A DNA stretch of 64,000 nt from Octopus vulgaris (GCA_951406725.2 OX597829.1:16306001-16370000); one strand, 5' to 3'; numbered from the stretch's first letter, positions 1 through 12,849 are shown. Numbers and translations are program-made. The notes: generated by a model not told the origin, from the letters alone.

Positions 1-738
1 TAAGGCAATGCTGGTAATGATCACGCCTCCTGGAAAGATAATATCTGGAGGACATGCTCTCACAGTTGGAAATATGATGGATGTCATCAGTTTTGGTCCT
101 GTACAGCCTATTTTTTGGTTGTCTGTCAATGATTTTTCAAAGTGCTACAAGCAATGGACCTAATCAGTTGGAAATGCATATAGTAAATTACAACTTTGAG
201 TCTGTCACCTATGCTTCAAAATATGCAGATCTGCAATGGGACTGAATAGTCATTTGAAAGGTCATGGGTGGAAACTCAAAAAATGATTTGACAAGGAAGC
301 ACAAGGTAGTAGCAATCATGGGGCAACCACAAAGTATGTATGTGTATGCGTGTATGCATGTGTGTGTGTGCGCGCATGCACAGGGATCTATCAATATAGG
401 AAAATGACAAATTGCAATTAGACTCATCACAACCAATCTCAATGGATGACACAATGTTTACATTCCCTGCTGACAATATAAACTGTCACTCAGTACTTTC
501 TAAGACTAATAGAATTAATCCCATATCTTTTATTGTTTACCCTGGTATTTGTTTTTTTTTTTTTTGTTTTTTTCCAAAGCCTGTTATTTGTTCTATTAGT
601 CTATTTTTACCAAACTGCTAAGTTAAGGGACATAAACAAACCATCATTGGCAGTCAGGTGGTGGTGGTGGTGGGGATAAACCAAATTCACACAGATTATA
701 TATATTATATATAAGTTCAACTGCACATACACACATAC

Positions 739-800
<62 letters not shown>

Positions 801-806
<6 letters not shown>

Positions 807-900
807 CGTAAAAGACTTTTTCTATTCCTGAGCGTTATACTAATACATCTGTTTGTTTTGTACACCACCTGTCTTCGTCTTTTTCGTAAACAACTCTCCC
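801..900 (+). mobile_element. Truncated copy of small Penelope-like hammerhead element (family F)
   Basis: Matches 26712-26885, 39730-39882 and 58031-58240 (ctattcctgagcg...tacaccacctgtcttcgtctttt). Begins at aaacgta, inside the hammerhead core. (TA)n on both sides. Confidence 0.65.
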
Positions 901-932
<32 letters not shown>

Positions 933-934
933 TC

Positions 935-1815
935 AGCACTGCCCTGACTGGCTTCTGTGCCGGTGGCACATAAAAAGCACCATCCGAGCATGGCCGTTGC
1001 CAGTGCAGTCTCCACTGGCTTCTGTGCTGGTGGCACATAAAAAGCACCATCCGAACGTGACCGATGCCAACCCCGCCTCGAATGGCTTCTGTGCCGGTGG
1101 CACATAAAAAAAAAAAAATAAATAAAAAAATAAAAAGCACCATCCGAACATGGCTGATGCCAGCACTGCCCCAACTGGCTTCTGTGCCGGTGGCACATAA
1201 AAAGCACCATCCAAGCGTGGCCGACGCCAGCACCGCCTCGACTGGCTTCTGTGCCGGTGGCACATAAAAAGCACCAACCGATCGTGGGATCCCGGAACAT
1301 CTTGCTGTGCTTGAGGAGACCTGTTGAGTCAAGTGCATGTACATGAACATCGAACCAAATATCAATGGAAACAGTAGTTGTGATACCTGTGCCGGTGATA
1401 CATAAAAAGCACCATCCGAACGTGGCCATTGCCAGTGCAGCCTCCACTGGCTTCTGCGCCGGTGGCACATAAAAAGCACCATCCGAACGTGACCGATGCC
1501 AACCCTGCCTCGAATGGCTTCTGTGCCGGTGGCACATAAAAAGCACCATCCGAACATGGCCGATGCCAGCACCGCCTTGACTGGCTTCTGTGCCGGTGGC
1601 ACATAAAAAAAGCACCAACCTATCGTGGCCGATGCCAGACCCCTCTGGCACCTGTGCAGGTGGCAGGTAAAAAGCACCCACTACACTCGCGGAGTGGTTG
1701 GCGTTAGGAAGGGCATCCAGCTGTAGAAACACTGCCAGATCAGACTGGAACCTGGGGCAGCCCCTGGCTCCCCAGACCCCGGACGTTAAACGATGATGAT
1801 GATGATGATGATGAT
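935..1815 (+). mobile_element. RTE-clade LINE 3' UTR copy (family C) with ~67-bp minisatellite, internally duplicated, (GAT)n tail
   Basis: About 9-10 units of ctggcttctgtgccggtggcacataaaaagcaccatccgaacgtggccgatgccagc in two blocks, then ggttggcgttaggaagggcatccagctgtagaaac and (gat)n. The same 3' sequence follows the RTE ORF at 47324-48124. Confidence 0.8.
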
Positions 1816-2293
1816 ATATGCATTCACACAGACACACCTACACAAAAGTGTATATAAATAGATCCACTCACAAGGCTTTTGTCAGCTTAAGACTATAGTG
1901 AGAGACACGTACCATGTAGTGGGACTGAACCCACAACCATATGATTGGTAAACATGCTTCTTATCATACACTCACACATGCACCTTTTATATAAGTTTAT
2001 GATTTTAGATAAAAATTCATTTCTTTCAAATGTTTAATATTTTAACATTTTATAATTACACAGGTATAAAAAAAGAAATTATTTTGTGAATATATACTAA
2101 ACCATTAATATGTGAACATCATCATCATCATCGTTTAATGTCAGTTTTCCATGCTAGCATGGGTTGGATAGATGTGGACGGATAATTGCTCTTGGCATCA
2201 TATATAAAAAAAATTAATATATGAATACATATATAAAATACATGCACATATACACACATAAATTGTATGTGATTATGTATGTGTGTTTGCCAT

Positions 2294-2505
2294 TTATTTC
2301 TTTATTGCCCACAAGGGGCTAAACATAGAGGGGACAAACAAGGACAAACAAAGGGATTAAGCCGATTATATTGACTCCAGTGTGTAACTGGTACTTATTT
2401 AATTGACCCCGAAAGGATGAAAAACAAAGTCAACCTCGGCGGAATTTGAACTCAGAACGTAGCAGCAGACAAAATACGTACTAATGTTTCTGCCAGCTCG
2501 CCACT
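2294..2505 (-). mobile_element. SINE family B
   Basis: Reverse complement of gagctggcagaaacgttag...gttcaaattccgccgaggtcgactttgcctttcatcc...ccccttgtgggcaataaagaaata, also seen at 22499 and 53404. Confidence 0.8.
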
Positions 2506-3056
2506 GTAATGTGTGTTTGCCATTACCACTTGACCATCAGTATTGGTTTGTTTACACCCCGAAACTTACGTGCAAAAAGTGATTAATGGAATAAGAGATT
2601 AATTGCACAAATGCTAGGCTTTATAATAATAAGCACAGGGGTCAATTTGTTCAGTTAAAATTCAAGGCAGTACTACAGCATGGCCAGAGGTTCATGAATT
2701 AAACAAGTAAGAGATATAAGACGAAAAATGAAAAATAAAAAAAAACAAGTACTCGGGTGGATTCATTGAACTGAAATTCTTCAAGGCAATGCCCCAGCAA
2801 AGCCATGATTCAATGAATGAAACAAGTAAACTATAAGAGATATATGCATGCACAAATGTGCACACACACACACACATGTGCATATATTTGCACAGAAATA
2901 TCAGAAACCTAAAAATAGAATCACTGCGAAAACTGTGGCATGTGTGCACTGCTGCTTCAAAATGTGTGTGTGTGTGTGGGGGGGTATGTATGTGTGTATG
3001 TGTGTATGAGTGTATGTGTGTATGAGAGAGTGTGTGTGTTCATGTGCTTGTGTGTA

Positions 3057-3099
<43 letters not shown>

Positions 3100-3126
3100 T
3101 TGTGTGTGCACCCGCGCATATTAAAC

Positions 3127-3325
3127 AATGAGTCTAAATACAGCAGAGAACGGCAGATTCGTCACTGAAGAGAAAAACAGGCAAGATCGGATGGAGAGAG
3201 AAGACGAAGTAGCAACAAAGATGAAAACTAGGTTAATTTATCTATAAATATCCTATAGAAGATGTAACAGATATCTGGGAATTATCCTGAAAGTATCCTC
3301 TACATAGGAATGTAATCCATAAACA
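3127..3325 (+). repeat. Local ~200-bp duplicated unique sequence, copy 1
   Basis: atgagtctaaat...gtaatccataaaca recurs in diverged form at 5222-5422. Confidence 0.85.
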
Positions 3326-3530
3326 GGCGTGGCAAAGGTGCAGGTGTGACCGTGCAGAAAAAAATGTTTTCTTTCCAACCACATGGTTCCAGGTTCAGTC
3401 CCACCGTGTGTTGCATCTAGGGTAAGTGTCAACTTATAATGAATGCTCCGTGAATGGATTTGGTAGGCAGAAACCCACCCCGCAATATTGTCATGCATGT
3501 GTGTGCACACACACACACATATATATATAG

Positions 3531-3960
3531 GCACAGGCATGGCTGTGTGGTAAGAAGCTTGCTTCCCAATCACATGGTCTGAGGTTCAGTCCCACTGCGT
3601 GGAACTTAGAGCAAGTGCCTTCTACTATAGCCCTGGACCAACCAAAGCCTTATGGATGGATTACATAAATGGAAACTGAAAAAAGCCTGTCATATACATA
3701 TATATATTTATATATATTATATATATATGTGTGTGTATGTACATATGTGTGTCTTTGTATTTTTGATCCCCCCCCCCCATCACTGCTTAACTACCAGTAT
3801 TGGTGTGTTTACATCACCGTAACTTAGCGGTTCAGCAATAGAGAATGATAGAATAAGTACTAGGCTTAAAGTAAAATCCCTTTGGTTGACTTGTTTGACT
3901 AAGATCCTACAAGGCAGTGCTCCAGCATGGCTGCAGTCAAATGACTGAAACAAGTAAAAG
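3531..3960 (+). mobile_element. tRNA-headed SINE family A with internal TA/TG microsatellite
   Basis: A-box-like tggctgtgtgg, B-box-like ggttcagtccc, CORE-like ttgggcaagtg region and a 3' end cagtcaaatgactgaaacaagtaaaag. Many copies in the window; partial ones at 3326-3480 and 3979-4115. Confidence 0.85.
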
Positions 3961-4120
3961 AACACACACACACACACAGGCACCAGCCTGACAGTGTGAT
4001 AAGAAACTTACTTCCCAACCACATGGTCCCTTGGTCAAGTGTTTTCTACTATAGCCCCAGGTCAACTAAAGTCTTGTGAATGGATTTAAGGGACAGAAGC
4101 TAAAAGAAGGTTGTCATATA

Positions 4121-4973
4121 CAAGATGCATTCCAGAAGCTTTTAGACTTTCTCAGAAGAGACATTTTATTAATTACAAGGAAGTACAAAACTTCTGACTT
4201 CAAAGCACATGTAGCACCCCAACCACTTTGTGAAGGCCTTATCATATGAAAGTCCTCCAGACTGAAGGTATCCAGGACTCTTGTCAAAGCTTCCATCTTC
4301 CCAATGTTTTCGAAACAACTGCTCCTGAAGTTCCCCTTCAGCTTGTGATACAACCAAAAGTCACAGGAGAAAGATCTGGACTGTAGAGTGCTTGGGAAGT
4401 TTTGATGCCCTGAGGTTCCCCTTTAGCTTGTGATACAACCAAAAGTCACAGGAAAGAGGTCTGGACTGTAGAGTGCTTGGGAAGTTTTGATGCCCTGAAG
4501 GTCCCCCTTCAGCTTGTGGTACAACCAAAAATCACAGGGGAAAGGTCTGGACTGTAGAGAGGTTGGGAAGTTTTGATGCCCTGAGGGACCCCTTCAGCTT
4601 GTAGTACAACCAAAAGTCACAGGGGAAAGACCTGTACTGTAGAGAAGGTGGGAAGCTTTGATGCCCTGAGGTTCGCATTCACCTTGTGGTACAACCAAAT
4701 GTCACAGGAAAAAGGTTTGGACTGTAGAAAGGTGGGGAAGTTCTGATGCCCATCTCTTTTGAATTGTATGTTACCAGGATAAAATTGTGGCAAACAGTGT
4801 TTAGTAGGTTGTGTTCAAAGTGTTGTTACAGTCATATCCTTCAAAATGGAATAGCAAAAGTTTTCAGCTCAGCTTATTAGATGCATAGTAATGATATGCT
4901 AAAATTAAAATAATCTCAGAATCTTATAACTACATCTCCTAAAAACGTTTCAAAACTTCTGGAATGCCCCTTG
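4121..4973 (-). mobile_element. Internally deleted mariner element with amplified transposase segment
   Basis: TA flanks and imperfect TIRs caagatgcattccagaagctttt / aaaacttctggaatgccccttg. The minus strand encodes YSPDL..CDFWLYHKLKGNFR..FENIGKMEA..RVLDTFSLEDF (mariner C-terminus). Confidence 0.85.
4325..4751. repeat. ~85-bp tandem repeat, 5 units
   Basis: tgccc anchor at 4406, 4491, 4577, 4662 and 4747. Confidence 0.9.
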
Positions 4974-5221
4974 TATTTATATCTGTGTGTATGTGTGTAT
5001 GTCTTTATGTTTGTTCCCCACCATTGCTTATCAACCAATGTTGGTTTGTTTACGTCCTTTTAACGTAGCAGTTTTGGCAAAGAGAATCAAACAGAAGAGC
5101 TGAGCTTAAAAATAAGTGATGGGGTTCAATTTCACAATTAAACCCTTCAAGATAGTGCCCCAGCATGGTTGGCACTAATGGCTGAAACAAGTAAAGCATA
5201 AAGTGTGTGTGTGTGTTAAAA

Positions 5222-5422
5222 AATGAGTCTAAATGGAGCAGAGAATAGCAAATTCATCACTGAAGAATTGAAAAAAAAAAGCAGGAAGGATGGAGAGAAG
5301 ATGAAGCAGCAATAAAGATGAGAACTAGGTTAATTTATCTATTAATATCCTATAGAAGATGTAAGAGATATCTGAGAATTATCCTGCATGTATTGACTAC
5401 ATAGAAATGTAATCCATAAACA
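5222..5422 (+). repeat. Local ~200-bp duplicated unique sequence, copy 2
   Basis: Diverged direct copy of 3127-3325. Confidence 0.85.
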
Positions 5423-5561
5423 CTTAAGAAAACCACGATTTTAATTAGAGTGCTTGTGTGTGCAGTAAAGATTTAAAAATTAACAGGTGGGGGAAGAAGC
5501 ATGTTTTGTATAAATAATAATGATCCATCCTAATTTTGACACAAGGCCAGCAATTCTGAGG

Positions 5562-5742
5562 AGAGTGCTTGGGAAGTTTTGATGCCCTGAGGGTCCCTTC
5601 AGCTTGTGGTACAACCAAAAGTCACAGGGAAAAGATCTAGTCTGTAGAGAGATTGGGAAGTTTTTATGCCCTGAGGTTCCCTTCAGCTTGTGGTACAACC
5701 AAAAGTCACAGGGGAAAGATCTGGACTGTAGAGAGGTTGGAC
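5562..5742. repeat. Second array (~2 units) of the 85-bp mariner-derived repeat
   Basis: Same unit as 4325-4751, with no flanking transposon sequence visible. Confidence 0.85.
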
Positions 5743-5754
5743 TGATGCGAAAGG

Positions 5755-6900
5755 ACAAAAGGCAAAATTCATTTCAGTAAAATTTGAATTCAGAATGGAA
5801 AGACGAATAAAATGCTGCTAAACATTTTCTGACTTCTTTTGGCTCGCTACCTTAATGATAATAATAATCCTTTCTACTAAAGGTACAAGGCCTGAAATTT
5901 TAGGGGAGAGGGCTAGTTGATAATATGGACCCCAGTGTTTCACTGGTACTTAATTTATTGATCCCAAAATGATGAAAGGCAGAGTCAACCTTGGTGGAAT
6001 TTGAACTCAGAATGTAGCAATGGGCAAAATACCAATTAGCATTTCATCCAGCGTGCTAACGACTCTGCCAGTCTTTTTTAGTATAAGCACAAGTACTAAA
6101 ACTTTGGTGGAACTTCAGTTCAGTGTGTAAAGAAGGACGAAATGCTACTTAGCATTTTACCCAACATGTTAATGATTCTGCCAGCTCACCATCTTAATAA
6201 TAATAATAATTTCTTTTATTGGCCATAAAAAAACATGAAATGACAAAACAGGATGATACAAAGGGTTTTAGAACATGTAAAAGCAATGTTGAGGGGGAGA
6301 CAAACACACACACACATACATACATATATACGATAGGCTTCTTTCAGTTTTGAACTCAGAAAGATTAATGAAATGCTGCTAAATATTTTGCTAGTGTGTT
6401 AATGATTCTGCCAGCTCTCATTATCATAGTTTAATGTCCGTTTTCCGTGCTTGCACAGGTTGGACAGTTCAACTGAGGTCTGGGAAGCCAGGAGGTTGCA
6501 CCAGGCTCCAGTCAGATCTGGCATTGTTTCTACAGCTGGATACCCTTCCTAACGCCAACCACTACATGAGTGTAGTGGGTGCTTTTTACATGCCACTGGC
6601 ACAGGTGCCAGGGGAGGCTGGCAGTGACCACAATCGGTTGGTGTTTTTTACGTACCACCGGCACTGAAGCTAAAACATAATAATAATTCTTTCTACTATA
6701 GGTACAAGATCTGAAATTTGGGAGAAGGACCTAGTCACTTACATCAACACCAGTGTTCAACTGCTACTTATTTCATAAACCCCTGAAAAGATGAAAGTCG
6801 AAGTCAACCTCAGTGATATTTGAACTCTGAATGTGAAAACAGACAAAATGTTGCGAAGCAATTTTGTGCAATGTGCTAACAGTTCTGCCAGTTCACCATC
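5755..6900 (-). mobile_element. Cluster of decayed SINE B fragments with a family C copy (6422-6668)
   Basis: Repeated ttgaactcagaatg...ctgccagctc motifs with CpG decay, and (AAT)n tails. Confidence 0.7.
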
Positions 6901-7060
6901 CTACACAATAATGAAAGAATACCAAAGTTGTCTGTGTGTTTCTTATGATATGAGAACTTAGAAATAACAAGAAATTGCTGAGCGAAGAGAAATACATGAG
7001 AAATATACACAGAAAGAGAGAAATAGATAGTAACAGATCATGGCACTTTCACTGTGTTAA

Positions 7061-7270
7061 CCCTTTCGTTACCAACCCAGCTCTGGCTCTGAGTACAAAT
7101 GTCTTGTTTGCATAAGTTTTGAATTAAAATCCTCCACCAAACCTTAGTCGCAATTTATGCTCCTAACACTAGCTGAATGATAACAAAGTTATTTTACTAA
7201 ATTCTTTGTTATATTTAAAGTAATTGAAAGAAACACAGAGCATCTCAACAGAAATACAGTAACGAAAGGG
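7061..7270. mobile_element. piggyBac-type MITE
   Basis: TTAA on both sides and a perfect 12-bp TIR ccctttcgttac / gtaacgaaaggg. Confidence 0.9.
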
Positions 7271-7474
7271 TTAAGGGAAACAAGTTTGTGCATGCACACG
7301 TATATAGCTGGCACTAACGCACACAAATTCACACATCCGCTCACACACACACACACCGGCCTTGCTTCTGTCAGCTTCCCAGACAGCAAGACGCCACCAG
7401 CTTCCTGTCCAGCCACATAGTCCAAGAAATTCTACTTTCTAATGCATCTAGTGTCACTGAATTACCAATCTTAC

Positions 7475-7567
7475 CTCAAACATCATATGACCTGCCTTGA
7501 CCAATAGCAGCCTAATTTCCAGAAGCCATCTTGGACTTCATGTATTCCTCTATTCAGTAATCTAAAC
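7475..7567 (-). other. Candidate internal non-coding exon (93 nt)
   Basis: Unique sequence with acceptor cttgttcag| and donor gag|gtaaga on the minus strand. Stops in all frames. Confidence 0.3.
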
Positions 7568-7725
7568 CTGAACAAGCTGGGGTTCTCTTAGAAGCCAGTG
7601 AAACTCTAAGTCACATGGGACCAAATCAAATTCTTTCAAATAATAATATATTCAACTTCTACATGTGTTGAGTACCATTTCTTTTCATTTATCTACTCAA
7701 TTGTATATAAAAATATATATATATA

Positions 7726-8127
7726 GGCATAGGAGTGGCTGTGTGGTAAGTAGCTTGCCTACCCGCCACATGGTTTCAGGTTCAGTCCCACTCTGTGACA
7801 CCTTGGGCAAGTGTCTTCTAATATAACCTCAGGCCGACCAATGCCTTGTAACTGGATTTGGTAGACAGAAACTGAAAGAAGCCCGTCGTATATATGTGTA
7901 TATGTGTGTGTGTGTATGTTTGTGTGTCAGTGTTTGTTCCCCCAACATCGCTTGACAAACGATGCTGGTGTGTTTACGTCACCGTAACTTAGCGGTTTGG
8001 CAAAAGAGACCGATAGAATAAGTACTAGGCTTACAAAGAATAAGTCCTGGGGGTCGATTTGCTCAACTAAAAGGCAGTGCTCCAGCATGGCCACATCAAA
8101 TGGCTGAAACAAGTAAAAGAGTAAAAA
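7726..8127 (+). mobile_element. SINE family A, full length
   Basis: ggagtggctgtgtggtaag head through ctgaaacaagtaaaagagtaaaa tail. Confidence 0.9.
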
Positions 8128-8432
8128 GTATATCTTTTAAGCCAGATACTTGTTCTATTGATTTCTTGTACCAAACCACTGAGTTACAGGGACAGAAACA
8201 AACCAACAGTGGCTGTCAAGCAGAGGTGGAGCACAAACATGCACACATACACGTACGACAGGCTTCTTAGTTTCTACGTCCAGGGCCACAGAACAAGACA
8301 CTTGCCCAAGGTGTAACACTGTAGAACTGAACCTAGAACTATGTGGTTGGGGAGAAAACTTCTTATCACACACCCATGCCTGTGCCAATATCTGTATATA
8401 TGTATATGCGTATATCTATATATGTATATATA

Positions 8433-8728
8433 TGGAGGCGCAATGGCCCAGTGTTTAGGGCAGTGGACTCGCGGTCATAGGATTGTGGTTTCGATTCCCA
8501 GACTGGGCATTGTGAGTGTTTATTGAGCGAAAACACCTAAAAATTCCACAGGGCTCCGGCAGGGGTTGGTGGCGATCCATGCTGTACTCTTTTGCCACAA
8601 CTTTCTCTCACTCTTTCTTCTGTTGGCCTGCTCGCTTAGCCAGCAGGGTGGCGTCATTTGAAGGCTAAAACAATGCAAAGCGCATTATGACCAGCGATGT
8701 GTAGCAACATCTGATAGCCTGGTCGGTT

Positions 8729-8735
<7 letters not shown>
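8433..8735 (+). mobile_element. tRNA-Arg-like headed SINE family D with RTE-derived tail
   Basis: tggcccagtg A-box, gacTCGcgg anticodon-like loop and ttcgattcc B-box. The last ~55 bp match the LINE end at 16451-16506. Confidence 0.85.
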
Positions 8736-8760
<25 letters not shown>

Positions 8761-9094
8761 GGAAACCCCATTCGGTCATGAATGACCATGGGATTGCACC
8801 GAGAAAATTCCCCTCTACGATACAAGTCTGAGCAAGGTTGTTTATGGAAGACCAGCAGTCACCCATGCATACCGGCCTCTTCTCTCCACACCACCAGTGT
8901 TATCCAAGGGAAAGGCAAAGGGGCCAAAACAGCTTGGCACCAGTGATGTCGCAACTCATTTCTACAGCTGAGTTAACTGGAGCAACGTGAAAGAGTGTCT
9001 TGCTCAAGAACACAACATGCAGCCCGGTCCAGGAATCGAGCTCACAACCTCATGATCGTAAGCTCGATGCTTTAACCACTGACCCATGCGCCTT
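8761..9094 (-). mobile_element. tRNA-headed SINE family E
   Basis: Minus-strand head ggcgcatgggtcagtggttaaagc...ttcctggacc. Second copy at 46130-46463. Lies tail-to-tail with SINE D across a (TA)n tract. Confidence 0.85.
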
Positions 9095-9095
9095 T

Positions 9096-9134
<39 letters not shown>

Positions 9135-9638
9135 CTATCAATCTCTTGTTGGGTAAGCAAAACTTCGTCTATTGACTACACTGGTAAAGCATTTCAGAGT
9201 TGCTCAAAAATGCAGTCAGTGTAAATAAATGGGGGGAGGGACAGTTTGGTTTGCAGTATCTACATTTGTGCGTAAAGGCTAAACTCATTGATCACATGGA
9301 AGCACAAACGTAAAACACAATTTTAGTTGAGGGCATAGTGTTCTTAATGGTCAGTGGTCAACTTACTCGGCCACAAGTGGTCAGATATCATGTAAGTATT
9401 AAAAAAAAAGCTGGAAAGTTTAGTCTATTTTTAATTCCATATTACATGTGTTTCATAGCAGTATAGGAAATACATTGTGAATGTAAGTAATGACAACAAC
9501 ATAAATGAAATGAATTCATAATGGGTAAGTACATGTGGAAACATGTTTACGATCACCTCTCTGTAGTTCCTAAGACACAGCTACAATTGTAACTCTTTCT
9601 ATAGATGGTATGTGTGTGCTTGTTTGTATATATGTTTA

Positions 9639-9672
<34 letters not shown>

Positions 9673-9821
9673 CATACGACGGGCTTCTTAGTTTCTATGT
9701 CCAGGTCTACAGAACGGGGCACTTGCCCAAGGCGTAACACTGTAGGACTGAACCTAGGACTATGTGGTTGGGGAGAAAACTTCTTATCACACACCCATGC
9801 CTGTGCCTATATCTGTATATA

Positions 9822-9829
<8 letters not shown>

Positions 9830-9882
<53 letters not shown>

Positions 9883-10332
9883 ATATATATATACATATAT
9901 ATATACATATATATATCTATATATATACATATATCTATCTATATATATATATCTATATATACATATATCTATCTATATTTATATCTATATATACATATAT
10001 CTATCTATATATATATCTATATATACATATATCTATCTATATATATATCTATATATACATATATCTATCCATATATATCTATATATACTTATATCTATCT
10101 ATATATATCTATATATACATATATCTATCTATATATATCTATATATACATATATCTATCTATATATATATCTATATATACATATATCTATCTATATATAT
10201 ATCTATATATACATATATATATCTATATATACATCTATATATACATATATATATCTATATATACATATATATAGCTATATATACATATATATAGCTATAT
10301 ATACATATATCTATCTATATCTATATATATAT
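9830..10332. repeat. Compound TA/TC/CA microsatellite with a ~26-bp higher-order unit
   Basis: Recurrent atatctatatatacatatatctatct units. Confidence 0.85.
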
Positions 10333-10597
10333 GCCTTCACCTTCGAAACAAAGTAGATGAAACCATAGCGACTGAAGAAGGGGTTTTTTCCTTGTGTTAT
10401 TTGTCCTGTACTCTATTTTTTTTTTTGTTGTTTAAGAAAAATGTCCAGTTCGTTGGGTTTGTGTCTATGTTTTCGTTTCTCATTGTGTTCGACGTTTTTT
10501 TGGTGTCCTGTACTCATATATGCGTGCATATATACATGTAGAGGTAGGTACGTACATATATGTATATATATATATGCATATTTTTTATTTATTAATA

Positions 10598-10629
<32 letters not shown>

Positions 10630-10683
10630 ATTTATTTATCTTTGTGCGTACTATGGGTGTGAGTTTGTCTGTGTATATATATA

Positions 10684-11910
10684 CAGGGTTTAGGGATTAA
10701 ATTTGATGATTTTTTTAGGTCTCCATTTTTCAGGAATAGCTTGATGGCTTGCTGAACAGTCAACAGCATTGGAGGGCCTAAAAATTACAGTTTAGCTGAG
10801 GAAAAATTAGCTGACTTTCAGGACTGGAAGCGATCTGAATATTGGAAAAGATTTTTACCGTATCATGATGATTCATGCTAGGAATCAAAATGCTAACATC
10901 ATGACTGTTGTTCAATGCTCTATGAACATTGTAAAGGCTTAGACATGACTTGGTCATCATGAAAACCAGGTTTCTCCAAACTGTAATGGTCTTTGGTTGT
11001 GTCTCCAGTGGGAGGAATATCATGCCATTCCACATCTTCGAGCTAGGTCTCTGCTCAATTCAGAAAGAGCATTGGCAACATTGCGAATTACAGACAAAGG
11101 GTTTATGAGATTACTTAGTAGAACAGCGATGCTCTGCACGTTTAACATGTTGAGCAATTGATCCTTGGGCAGGGATCACGCGGCGTGACCCCAGTCTCTG
11201 GTGCCACTACCAGAGTTTAATGTCAGTACCATCAGACAGGGTTCGATCTTTGTGTCAGTATTTCTCGGTATCGATTTCTGATAGTTTACCACAGCTAACA
11301 TCTCGCGGTTCTGGTCGGCCACCCTGTCGGTTCCCTCCGTCGGTTCCTCCGCTGTAACACATGCATCAAGCTCTCAGTCCCCTGCAAGTACATCGCAGGG
11401 CTGGGGGCGTGCCATACTGGACCCGCCCTCTAGAATAAGAGCCAGTCTAAGGCTGTGACTTTCTATCTCGGATACGAGGATCCCGCAGTTGTTTGTAGAG
11501 CCTCGTGATGTGAAGCTGCTGGAGACTGTGGCCAAATCCTGGCTGGAGAGGTTTGCTACTGAAAACCAAATGCATGGCAGTAGGATTCGGCTCCTTGCCA
11601 TACTTCTGGAAAGAGTTGTCGGAGAACTTCTACAACTATTCCAGCCCTAATTTCTGGCCTTCAAGTTCTCTCAATTATAATCCCATGGATGAATGTGTGT
11701 GGGGAAGGGTTGAGAAAGTCAACAACCACTGTCTGCAACACCAAGGCTGAGCTGGTGACCAAGATCAGGGAGGTGTTTGAAGATCTCCCCAGGTACTGAG
11801 TGAGGAACACATGCTCCAGGTTTCAGAGCTGTCTTGAGGCTATTTATGGGATATAAGTGTGACTTCTTTGAATAAGCTGTTATTTCCCAGCCATAATCCG
11901 GTTGGTATTC
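10684..11910 (+). mobile_element. Decayed maT (DD37D) transposon copy, interrupted
   Basis: Left end ta|cagggtttagggattaaatttga. Encodes MKTRFLQTVMVFGCVSS and ENFYNYSSPNFWPSSSLNYNPMDECVWG. Homologous to 14297-15659. Confidence 0.8.
11064..11507. mobile_element. Unclassified GC/CpG-rich insertion within the maT transposase
   Basis: Splits ctcaattcaga / atgtgaagctgct, which are nearly contiguous in the 15.1-kb copy. Confidence 0.6.
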
Positions 11911-12101
11911 TTTTTATTTGTTTCACTCATTTGATTGTGGCCATGCTGGAGCATTGCCTTTATTTGAACACATCACTTATTCTTTGTAAGCCTAGTACTT
12001 ATTGTATCGGTCATTTTTTGCTGAGCCGCTAATTTATGGGGACGTAACTACACCAACATTGGTGGTCAAGTGATGGTGGGGGGACAAACACAGACACACA
12101 C

Positions 12102-12136
<35 letters not shown>

Positions 12137-12849
12137 TACATATACATATATACACACACATACATACATATACATATATATATACACATACACACACATA
12201 CATATACATATATACACACACATACATACACACATACATACACACATACATACATATACATATATATATACACATACACACATATATATATATACTCACA
12301 CACACACATACATACATATATATATATGGCAGTAATATGGCATTTAGATGGTGTAGTAGTAATAGTGGTGGTCGTGGTGGTAGTGGTGGTGGGCAATGTA
12401 ACAGTAGTTGGTGTAGTTGTAGTGGTAGTGATGATGATCGGTAGTGGTGGTGGTTGCACGTATTGGTGCATGTAATAAAGCAGTTTTTTGTTGTAATAAA
12501 GCAGATGTGTAATAAAACACAGCGGGTGGCTTGGGGGCAGAGCTTCAGTTACCTACAGAGGCTAAGTATCAGGACACACACACACACACACCCACACACA
12601 GGAGTTGACTGTCTTATTATCTGTCACAAGCAGGTGTTTGATCTTGTTGAGTTAATATGATCTTTCCCTTATCACCCGCCCACCCCAGCACACAAACACA
12701 CACACACACACGTGCACACGTACAATATGCGATTATTCATTAGAATTATAAACCACAATTGGATTTATTTTAAAACTAAGAATGTGACAAAAATACAGAG
12801 AGGGAGGGACAGAGAGAAAGAATGATATAGACAGAGATAGGAGACAGAC

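Noticed and set aside
935-1680. CRISPR-like regular repeats
   Set aside because: Units are contiguous diverged tandem copies without unique spacers, the context is eukaryotic and there are no cas genes.
644-1837. 397-aa and 280-aa ORFs with repeated HRHRSQ/GAFYVPPAQ motifs
   Set aside because: They are translations of the antisense LINE 3' UTR minisatellite plus microsatellites. The same peptides recur in several frames at every family C copy.
8433-8510. tRNA-Arg gene
   Set aside because: It is a SINE head: degraded cloverleaf that continues into a multi-copy SINE body.
9327-9391. Plus-strand micro-exon (EGIVFLMVSGQLTRPQVVRYH), nearby GTAAGT cluster and a similar candidate at 14136
   Set aside because: No recognisable protein and no consistent plus-strand gene model. 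Such signals arise by chance in AT-rich DNA.
10335-10390. Possible type II (permuted) hammerhead GAAAC..GTA..CTGAAGA
   Set aside because: Stem I does not pair next to the core.
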